From the NCBI RefSeq assembly GCF_006345805.1, contig NC_043008.1:5332001-5396000 (forward strand): 64,000 bases of DNA, read 5' to 3'. The translations under genes were made by a program, and so were the position numbers. The stretch's first letter is position 1. The number at the start of each line of letters is the position of its first letter. Under the pieces are notes generated by a model that made no database searches, had not been told where the DNA came from, and was given only the letters and a program-made list of their open reading frames with translations. Positions 12,176 to 22,839 of the stretch are shown one piece after another. The DNA is from Octopus sinensis. Taxonomy: Eukaryota.

Positions 12176-13701
12176 TTCCTAATACAACCATGTTAGCTAT
12201 TGTATGGATAAAGTTCATTTTTTTAATACTAATTCAGAAATACTACATTATTGTTTGTTGGGGTTTTTCAGAAAACTGTTTGTAATTGTTCTCATTATGA
12301 CTGAGAGTATGTGCCCCAGGAGAGCATTTCATGTACTAAATACAAATGTGATGGGGTTTCACTTATGGAGAAGGGAGCAGGGTTTAAGTTAAGATCTGAA
12401 AAACAAGAAGTAAAGGCAATAACCCGGAAAAGAACAGCCAAAGGAAATTTTTGGAAAATAAAAACAATGCTGATGGGAGTGGATCATCATCATCATCGTT
12501 TAATGTCCGTTTTCCGTGCTAGCATGGGTTGGACGGTTCGACCGGGATCTGAGAAGCCAGGAAGCTGCACCAGGCTCTAGTCTGATCTGGCAGTGTTTCT
12601 ACAGCTGGATGCCCTTCCTAATGCCAACCACTCTATGAGTGTAGTGGGTGCTTTTACGTGCCACTGGCACAAGGGCCAGGGGAGGCTGGCAGTGGCCACA
12701 ATCGGTTGGTGCTTTTTACGTGTCACTGGCACAGAAGCCAGTCAAGGCGGCGCTGGCATCGGCCACATTCGGATGGTGCTTTTTACGTGCCACCAGTACA
12801 GATATCACAACTACAATTTCTATTTGATATTTATTTTGATGTTGATGATAGGTCTCCTCAAGCACAGCAGGTCATTCTGCAATCCAAGGTACTTTGGATG
12901 GGCTGGGGCTATGCGAAAACTGGTGCAGGAAGCAGCCATGAACTCACATTATTTGTTGGGTCTTTGCAGTCACAACATATCTCCAGAGATCTCGGACTTG
13001 GATCTGCTATTTAAAGCCAACTGGTGAAAGCCAGACACTTGTAAAATTGTAGTCATGGCTGGTGCTGGTGCCATGCCACTGGCACTCAAGCCAGTGGCAT
13101 GTAAAAAGCACCTTTCGAGTATTGGACCTCACGGAGGCAATGTGCTTGACGCTGGTGTTGCATAACTAGCACCTTTCGAGCATTGGGTCTCACAGAGGCA
13201 ATTCGGTCAATGCTGGTGTTATGTAACTGGTACTTGTGCTGGTGGCATGTAGAATGCAGTGCTTGTGTAGAAGGCCCATCAAGCCAAGTGAAATCGTAGT
13301 CATGGCAGATACTGGTGTTACATAATTGGCACATAAAAGCACTCATTACACTTTTGGAGTGGTTGGCATTAGGAAGGGCATCCAGCTGTAGAAACACTGC
13401 CAGATCAGACTGGAGCCTGGTGCAGCCTCCTGGCTTCTCAGACCCCAGTCGAACCGTCCAACCCATGCCAACATGGACAACAGATGTTAAATGATGATGA
13501 TCTCTCTCAATAAAGCCACATTATCCAACCCATGCTAGCATGGAAAGCGGACGTTAAACGATGATGATGATGATGATAGAAATTTGCTCAAACTCAGAAA
13601 TAATTGCAGTTAAGAAAAGTAGGCATAAAAAGAGTTGAATTTCAAGACAAACTACAGCGGTCATTTGTAAACAGGGGCTGGATATAATATTTAATACTCA
13701 C

Positions 13702-13784
13702 ATTGTAGAGCTGAATCACTGTGACCCCACTCATCAAGGAACATACCTTCTTTTGAGAATTTCATTATTCTTGAATTGCAATAG
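13702..13784 (-). CDS. PAM: PAM exon l (PAL catalytic Tyr): YCNSRIMKFSKEGMFLDEWGHSDSALQ(S)
   Basis: gtttttacag acceptor, GTGAGT donor, phase 2 to 1. GYCNSRI (Y654). Confidence 0.96.
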
Positions 13785-13937
13785 CTGTAAAAACAGAAAA
13801 ATTAATCGTTTCACATAGTGATTGTGATGAAAAATTTAAACAGAGGTGGGGATAGGGCTAAAGATCGGATATAAAAGACTGCTATTGGACACATCCCACA
13901 GAATATAAGTAGGATTTTGGCAGTACAGTTAATTTAC

Positions 13938-14338
13938 TCTTTTACTTGTTTCAGTCATTTGACTGTGGCCATGCTGGAGCACTGCCTTTACTCGAGCAAA
14001 TCAACCCCAGGACTTATTCTTTGTAAGCCTAGTACTTATTCTATCGGTCTCTTTTGCCAAACCGCTAAATTACAGGGACCTAAACACGCTAACATCGGTT
14101 GTCAAGCGATGTTGGAGGGACAAACACAGACACACAAACATACACATATATATACATAAATATGTATACATGACAGGCTTCTTTCAGTTTCCATCTACCA
14201 AATCCACTCACAAGGCTTTGGTCGGCCCGAGGCTATAGTAGAAGACACTTGCCCAAGGTGCCACGCAGTGGGACTGAACACGGAACCATGTGGTTGGTGA
14301 GCAACCTACTTACCACAAAGCCACTCCTATGCCTACAC
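13938..14338 (-). mobile_element. Same SINE family as 25896-26300
   Basis: Collinear reverse complement over about 400 bp. Confidence 0.85.
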
Positions 14339-15672
14339 TTCATCACTAACTTGACACTGACTAGGTATTCTGTTTGTCTTTAATACAAATTTTACCAGCC
14401 GAATGACACAATACACCTCCCGTATTGGCAATTGAACCCATAACCTCACAATCAAGAGTCTCACAGTCGGTAACTATGACAAACAACTTCACCATAATTC
14501 TATAATGTGTATCACACTCTTAGGTGCCTTTAGCAGAGTTCATTCTTTCCAACAATTCTGGCCAGCTCAGAAGATACTTCCACCCTTCCTCCGATCACTA
14601 TATAATGAAAAAAAAATGTATTTTTGATATTTTGTTTTAATTGTCATCTTTTCTTTATCTCGATTCATCTTCTTCACTTTATGTACTCATTCATCATCAT
14701 CATCATCATTTAACGTCCGTTTTCCATGCTGGCATGGGTTGGACAGTTTGACCGGGGTCTGGGAAGCCAGATGGCTGCACAAGGCTCCAGTCTGATCTGG
14801 CAGTGTTTCTACAGCTGGATGCCCTTCCTAATGCCAACCACTCCGAGAGTGTAGTGGGTGCTTTTTACATGCCACCGGCATGGGGTCCAGTCATGCGCTA
14901 CTGGCAATGACCTCGCTCGAATCTTTTTACACATGCCACCGGCACACGTGCCAGTAAGGTGATGTTGGTAACGATCATGCTCAAATGGTGCCCTTTTATG
15001 TGCCACTGGCACGGAAGCCAGTCAAATAATAATTCGGTATACTGTGTCCTAGTGCTGCAAGTCTAGAAGTAGCACAACCAACTACTTTGTGTGGAATGCG
15101 TTACAATATGTTGTCGTTAAAGACAATGTCTGATGGTGCAGCAAACAAAGTCTGTATACCAGATATTCTAGGAAAGGATTTGTACAAAATGTTCGAAAGT
15201 AGTCTCCTTCCATCTTCTCTGAATAAGCATAAAATCCAAGAGTAGAATCAAATGAACAGGCTCTGTAGACAACGACAGAGAATCAAACATGACCAAATTT
15301 TTTATAATACTAAGCTAGATCATTGCTAGTGCCACTGGACTGGCTCCTGTGCAGGTGGCACATGAAAAGCACCATTTGAGCGTGGCCGTTGCCAGTACCG
15401 CCTGACTGGCCCTCGTGCCGGTGGCATGTAAAAGCACCTACTACACTCTCAGAGTGGTTGGCGTTAGGAAGGGCATCCAACTGTAGAAACTCTGCCAGAT
15501 CAGATTGGAGTCTGGTGCAGCCATCTGGTTCGCCAGACCTCAGTCAAATTGTCCAACCCATGCTAGCATGGAAAGCAGATGTTAAACAGTGATGCTGATG
15601 ATGAAGCTACCGGTCAAAAGACCAACAACTCCTATGCTGTATAACTAACAAATATTACAGTAACTTGTTTAA

Positions 15673-15893
15673 CCCTTTCGTTACTGTATTTCTGTTAAGA
15701 TGCTCTGTGTTTCTTTCAATTAATTTTAAATATAACAAAGAATTTAGTAAAATAACTTAGTTATCATTCAGCTAGTGTTAGCAACATAAGTTGAGACTAA
15801 GGTTTGGTGGAAGATTTTAATTCTAAACTTATGAAAACAAGACATTTGTACTCAGAGCCTGAGGCGGTTTTAGCCGGGTTGGTATCAAAAGGG
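15673..15893. mobile_element. piggyBac-type MITE
   Basis: TTAA|CCCTTTCGTTAC...GTATCAAAAGGG|TTAA. Confidence 0.85.
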
Positions 15894-16284
15894 TTAATGC
15901 TAACAAATTCCATAGTGTATATAAGTGTGTTGTAAAATTAAGATTTTGACACTGTGTTATTGCCACTTCCCCACACTTACAGAAGCATCTTCAACATATT
16001 CCCTCAATTACAAGATCCCTCATTTCCTGAGTGGCTATGGATGTTTGTTATCAGAGGTTTATTTTTCTTCCTCCCCATCAAGAAAGATGAAAGGTCAATT
16101 CCTCTCTCAGAACAATGCATTCAGTAAAGGCTATTGTTCACAAATATCTTGGGTCATACATATCATCATCTGAATAAGATTTTCTAACTGGAAAGTGTAT
16201 GGCCTGGTCAGCCTGTAATGATATGCATAAGATCTGGTCATCAAATCTGTTGGACAGGCACTTGTTTATATACTGAAAGCTACA

Positions 16285-16668
16285 GACGAACCAATTCTAC
16301 TAAATGGCTCAGAAACCTGGACGTTATCAAAGAAGCTTGAAAGGCAGTTGGATGGAACTTACACTCATTATTAGAGCTCAAAATCTCTCGTGGAAGCATC
16401 ATCCAACCAAAGTACAAATATATGGGAAATTATTACCTGTATCATCTCTTGTGAAAGGTAGAAGAGTCCAGTTTGCTGGACATTGCTGTAGAGCTGAAAA
16501 CGAGGTAATTTCTACTCTTCTCCCCTGGAAGCCATCTGCTCCTACCCTGATGTAACCTCCTGGGATACAGGCATCCAGCAACAGAACCTCCGTAATGCTA
16601 TGATGGACCATGAAGTCTGGCGTAACATAGTAAACTCCATTATATCGACCACGGTCGAACAATGAATG
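16285..16668 (+). mobile_element. Second RTE family (B), 3' fragment
   Basis: ORF 16304..16555 shares RRVQFAGHCCRAENEVIS with the 27.8-kb copy. Confidence 0.85.
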
Positions 16669-16753
16669 AAATTGTTCACAACTGTATCTAATACTTCAAA
16701 AGAAACACAAGATGACAAATACGTGAAGAGAAATGATGCAGAGAAAAACTTAC

Positions 16754-16893
16754 CCATCTGCTACAAAGAACTGACCATCAGACATAACAGCAACACTTGA
16801 GGGTTGACAGAAATGCTGTTTATCATTACCAGGACGGAAGCGTTCTCCTAATTCTAAGTCAAGCTTTCTCTCTCCAGCAGAGAAACGGAAAAC
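16754..16893 (-). CDS. PAM: PAM exon k (PAL): VFRFSAGERKLDLELGERFRPGNDKQHFCQPSSVAVMSDGQFFVAD(G)
   Basis: cactttgag acceptor, GTAAGT donor, phase 0 to 2. LG..F.PG.D..HFCQP motif. Confidence 0.96.
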
Positions 16894-18615
16894 CTCAAAG
16901 TGAAAAAAAGTTCCATTGAAAATTAAAACTAGTTAAACTAGAAAGAGTTTCTGCATGAAAGGAAAACTGCAAAAATATTAACACAAAGTATTGTTATTTA
17001 ATGTCAGTAGTTTATTAATATTTGATGCTCTTCCATTCTAGTTTGTTAGCCACAGTCAAATGACTGAAACAAGTAACAGAATAAAAGAATACCATTCTAG
17101 GAAAAGCAAATGGTCAGGTGTTCAAAAAAGATTCAGTGGTATTAAGCAAGGGAGATAAATCTCTTGGATTACTTAATAATAATAAAAGGGCACCATTCGA
17201 GTGTGATCGTTACCAGCGTCGCCTTACTGGCACTTGTGCCCGTGCTAGTAGGATGCCAAGAGCACCATCCGAGCGTGATCGTTGCCAGAGCAGCCAACTG
17301 GCTTCCGTGCTGGTGGCACGTAAAAGGGCACCATTTGAGCGTGATCGTTACCAAAGTCACCTTAGTGGCCCTCGTGCCGGTGGCACATAAAAAGCACCCA
17401 TTACACCCTCGGAGTGGTTGGCGTTAGGAAGGGCATCCAGCTGTAGAAACTCTGCCAGATCAGATTGGAGTCTGGTGCAGCCATCTGGTTCGCCAGACCT
17501 CAGTCAAATCGTCCAACCCATGCTAGCATGGAAAGCGGATGTTAAACGATGATGATGATGACAACTATTCATGCACCTATATTCTTCTTTGTTAAAATAA
17601 ATCTGAAGAAATATGTCTCCACTCTGATTTATTTATTCTATTACTCAGATTTGATTAAGGTATTATATTTAATTATCAAACCATCGAGTGTTGGGCCTCA
17701 CAGAGGCAATGACCAAGACATTTGGAATTATGTCAAGCTTGAGAAGACCCATCAAGCTGAGCAAAATCACAGTTATGCCAGATACTGGTGTCGTGCCAGT
17801 GGCACGTAGAAAGCACCCATTACACTCTCGGAGAGGTTGGCATTAGGAAGGGCATCCAGCTGTAGAAAACCATGCCAAATCAGAGTGGAGACTGGTGCAA
17901 CCTTCCAGGTTACCTATGCCAGCATGGACATCACGATGATCATCATCATCGTTTAACGTCCGTGTTCCATGCTAGCATGGGTTGGACGGTTTGACTGGGG
18001 TCTGGGAAGCCAGGAGGCTGCACCAGGCTCCAGTTTGGTTTGGCAGTGTTTCTACAGCTGGATGCCTTTCTAACGCCAACCACTCTGAGTGTAGTGGGTG
18101 CTTTTTACGGGCCACCAGCATGGGGCCACTGGAGGCTGGCAAATGGCCACGATCGGTTGGTGCTTTTACATGTCACCGACACGGACGCCAGTCAGGCGGC
18201 ACTGGCATCAGACACGTTCGGACGGTGCTTTTTACATGTCACTGGCATGGGTGTCTTAGCTACAATTTCCATTTGATTTTTATTTTGATGTTGACATACT
18301 TGACTCAATAGGTCCCCTCGAGAACAGCGGGTCACTCTACGATCCAAGGTTAGCACAGCAGGCCGTCCTGGGAGCCATGAACTCACTTCATTTGTCGGGT
18401 CTTCACAGTCATAGCATATCTCAGGTGTCTCAGTCTTCGTCATTTCCTCTATGAGGCCCTATGTGCCACCGGCACGGGTATCACAACTACAATATCCATA
18501 TGATTTTTATTTTGATGTTGATGAACTTGACACAATAGTTCTCCTCAAGCGCAGCAGGCCGTCCTGCAATGGACATTAAATGATGATAATGATAATGAAT
18601 GAGCTTAATATTTAC

Positions 18616-18688
18616 CTGGTGTAAAGCAACATCAGTCAACCAAACAGAGCCATTTTTATCAACTGTTATTCCATGGGGCATAAAAAAC
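18616..18688 (-). CDS. PAM: PAM exon j (PAL Zn ligand): FFMPHGITVDKNGSVWLTDVALHQ
   Basis: ctcttgcag acceptor, GTAAAT donor, phase 2 to 0. PHG (H585) and TDVALHQ motifs. Confidence 0.96.
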
Positions 18689-21210
18689 CTGCAAGAGAAG
18701 AAATCAGAGAAGTATTTCTGTAAATAGAGCTTGCTCCAATTATTATTCATGGGAACAGAATGAGCTGGGTGAAAGATATATTTCTTTACTACCCACAAGG
18801 GGCTAAACATAGATGGGAGAAACAAGGACAGACAAACGGATTAAGTCAGTTACATCGACCCCAGTGCGAAACTGGTACTTAATTTATCGACCCCGAAAGG
18901 ATGAAAGGCAAAGTTGAACTCAGAATGTAACGGCAGACGAAATTACGCTCCGCATTACTCCCGGCGTGCTAACGTTTCTGCCAGACAAAAAGCTTATTTT
19001 GAAACTTAGCTGTGTAAAGCTCTGTATGAATTTTGGTAAATTACATGTAGCGGTCAAAAGTTGAATAATAAAGGGATATGGGTATCAGATCATAGATCAT
19101 GTGTTTATACAGTGAATATGGAAAAGAAGGGGTGTTTCTACGTGGTTACTTGAAAGTTACTACACCTGCCAAAATAGCAGCCAAATTTCTCTAAAATTAC
19201 TTCCTGAAGTCTTAAAAATAGAAGTATACACAGTGCTGTCTTAAGGCACATGCAGTTGCTGGGGGCCTCTAGTGGCCCCAATTCTGATCATTGTATGTTG
19301 TGGTTTACAGTCAGTAAATATATATTATAGGGCCCAATACATTGAATTTCCTGGGGACATACAATGTTACTAAGATGGTTCCGAGTATACTATGGACAAT
19401 GTAGTCCTAGATAAACATTAATACAGTTAGGCTGGAACACTGCTTATCATAGCTCTAATTAATGAACATTGCCAACTCCAGATGTCTTATAACTCTAAAT
19501 AAGACATTGTTGAGATGCTTGAACAGAGACATGTAGATTTGTGCTGCATCTAAGAAGTAAGGTGGAGAGGAAATTCTGCTAGGTTCCTCACAGGAAAAGA
19601 ACATAGGTAAAAGATTTTCTCAGTGTCGCCTTACTGGCACTCGAGCCCTGTGCAAGTAGGGTATTAAGAGCACCATCCAAGCATGATCGTTGCCAGAGCA
19701 GCTATCTGGCCTCCGTGCCAGTGGCACGAAAAGACACCATTTGAGCGTGATCGTTACCAGCATCACCTTACTGGTACCTGTGCCGGTGGCATGTGTAAAA
19801 GATTCAAGTGATATCGTTGCCAGTACCACCTGACTGGCACGTAAAAGCACCCACTACACTCTTGGAGTGGTTGGCGTTAGGAAGGGCATCAAGCTGTAGA
19901 AACTCTGCCAGATCAAGATTGAAGCCTGGTGCAGCCATCTGATTTTCCAGCCCTCAGTCATTTGTCCAACCTACGCTAGCATGGAAAGCGGATGTTAAAC
20001 GATGATGATGATGATGATGGAACACTGATGGGGTCAGGAGCGCAGGTATACTTCTTGTGGAGAAATGGGTTAATTGAGATAGTCAGAGTCTGTGATAGAA
20101 TACTTAAGCTTAGATTAGTGCTGCAACATGGATTAGCAACCATTATCTCAGCTTATGCCCCTCAGTCAGGGCTACCTCATTATCGGAAATACCGATTTTA
20201 TGACATCCTCTTGCAGACTACCTCATTGATGAATGGCAAGGACCTTCTCTTTGTGGTTGGCAACTTCAATGGGCATGTTGAACAACATGCAGCGGACTTC
20301 CATGGTGTACATGGTGGCTATGGTTTTGGTTCCTGCAATGAGGAGGGAACCAGGCTGCTGGAGTTCTGTGATGCAAATGATTTTGTAGTTTGTAATACTA
20401 ACTTCAGTAAACCTGCCAGTCACCTATTCACTTACCGGTCTGGTGGACATACTAGTTAGATTGATTATATCCTCACCAGGAAACAGGAAAGATGGCTAAT
20501 CATAAATGTCAAAACCTTCCCAGGTGAAGAATGCAACCCACAACGTAGGTTAGTAGTTAGTGACTTCAGGATCAGGGCTAAATGGCCGTTCAGAAGATAA
20601 CAAGCATAAAAAAGAAGGGTCTGGAAACTTAAGGATCCTGCAAATGGACAGAGATTTAGAGACGTATTACCTGAAGCTTTTGGCAAAAGAGAGGAGGATA
20701 TAGCATCACATAATGTGAAAGACAACTGGAGGTTCCAACAACATACTGAGGGCTACCGACTAGATCTGTGGCTGGTGCAAAATCCCCTCCTGACTTAAGG
20801 TATCATGGTGGTGGAACAATGTAGCTGATAGAGCCAATAAGGAAAAGAAACAGGCATGGAAGAATGGTGGTAGCAGAGAATTGTATCAGATTGCCAAAAG
20901 GGTAGCTAGGAGACAGGTTTACTTAGCCAGAGAGATAAGAAAAAAATTGCCCATGTTCTGTGTTATGAGGACCAAAGACTTGAAGTGTTTTGTTTTGCAA
21001 GACAGTGTGTGAAAGATAATCGGGATGACAAAGGAGAGAGAAATGTGTCTGCATGGATGATGGCTCACTTGTATTTAATGATGCTGCAAAGAGAGAGAGA
21101 CTTGGAGACACCATTATGAAAGGTTGCTAAATGAAGAGAATGAATGGGAAAAAGTGAGTCTGCCAAATGTCAACCCAACAGAGAGACCAGCTATTCAAAT
21201 TGACAGTAGA

Positions 21211-22038
21211 TCATCATCGTTTAACATCCGTTTTCCATGCTAGCATGGGTTGGATGGTTCGACCAAGGTCTGGGAAGCCAGGAGGCTGCACCAGGCTCCA
21301 GTCTTATCTGGCAGTGTTTCTACAGCTGGATGCCCTACCTAACGCCAACCACTCCGAGTGTAGTGGGTGCTTTTTACGTGCCACTGGCACTGGTATCACA
21401 ACTACAATTTCCATTGATTTTTTGATCGATTTCGATTTCACTTGCCTCAACAGGTCTTTGCAACCAGAGTTTTGTGTCCAAAGAAGAAAAAGTATGCATA
21501 AGTGGACTGGCTACATCCCAGGTAAAGGCCACGGGTTATGGTATCACTTGTCCTGCCGGGTCTTCTCACGCACAGCATATTTTCAAAAGTCTTGGTCACT
21601 AGTCATTGGCTCGGTGAGACCTAATGTTCGAAGGTCGTGCTTCACCACCTCGTCCCAGGTTTTCCTGGGTCTACCTCTTCCACAGGTTCCCTCAACCGCT
21701 AGGGTATGGCACTTTTTCACACAGCTATCCTCATCCATTCTCGCCACATGACCATACCAGTGCAGTCATCTCTCTTGCACACCACATCTGATGCTTCTTA
21801 GGTCCAACTTTTCTCTCAAGGTACTTACATTCTGTCGAGTATGAACACTGACATTACACATCCAGCGGAGCATACTGGCTTCATCCCTTGCGAGCTTACG
21901 CATGTCCTCAGCAGTCACGGCCCATGTTTCACTGCCATGTAGCATGGCTGTTTGTACACATGCATCATACAGTCTGCCTTTTACTCTGAGCGAGAGGCCT
22001 TTTATCACCAGCAGAGGTAAGAGCTCTCTGAACTTTGC
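21211..22038 (-). mobile_element. RTE family A 3' fragment nested in the opposite orientation
   Basis: Thumb translation in ORF 21766..22008; own 3'UTR and (CAT)n tail at 21211. Confidence 0.9.
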
Positions 22039-22510
22039 CCAGGCTAAGATAAAGCTCTGTACTTGGCTTTCGTTGACATGGAGAAAGCCTTTGACATGGT
22101 CCCCCGGTCCCTTACCTGGTGGCCATCATCATCGTTTAATGTCCGTTTTCTGTGCTTGCATGGGTTGGACAGTTCGACTGGGGTCTGGGAAGACAAGAGG
22201 TTTCACCAGGCTCCAGTCAGATCTGGCAGTGTTTCTACAGCTGGATGCCCTTCCTAACATCAACCACTCTGTGAGTGTAGTGGGTGCTTTTTACGGGCCA
22301 CCAGCATGGAAGCCAGTCAAGGTGGCGCAGGCATCGGCCACGTACAGTTGGTGCTTTTTACATGCCACCAGCACAGGTGCCAGGGGAGGCTGGCAACAGC
22401 CAGGATCGGTTGGTGCTTTTTACGTGCCACCGGCACGGAAGCCAGTGAAGGCAGCGCTGGCATTGGCCACGTATGGATGGTGCATTTTACATGCCATTGG
22501 CATGATTAAA

Positions 22511-22839
22511 ATGTTTGATGCCAAATTCATTATCAATATTTTATAATCCATGTTACATGACATTGATTTCTAACATTGGAAAAGGGTTACACATTTTGGT
22601 AGAGGCTAAAGTTAATAAAACTGATCCCAATCCTTAACAGGTATTTTATTTTATAGATCCCTAGGGGATGGAAAGCAAGGCTGACTTCAGTTGGAAGTGA
22701 TACCACATTGTAAAAGGCCATAGTTAAATATATCTCCAGGCATTTTTGTCCGCTGGTCATATGATTCTGCCCATACACTGCATTTCTGATATGTAGCATG
22801 TTGTCTATTGATTTGTTTTGTAGGCACGAGTCTTCTTAT
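22511..22839 (+). repeat. About 330-bp segment duplicated from or with 61380-63139
   Basis: Near-identical to 61380-61466 + 62237-62295 + 62960-63139, which is interrupted by CR1 and a solo LTR. Confidence 0.92.

Noticed and set aside
14493-14597. 105-nt pseudo-exon with plausible acceptor and donor between exons k and l (possible poison exon)
   Set aside because: It carries an in-frame stop and has no PAL similarity. Such signal pairs arise by chance, so it needs junction reads.
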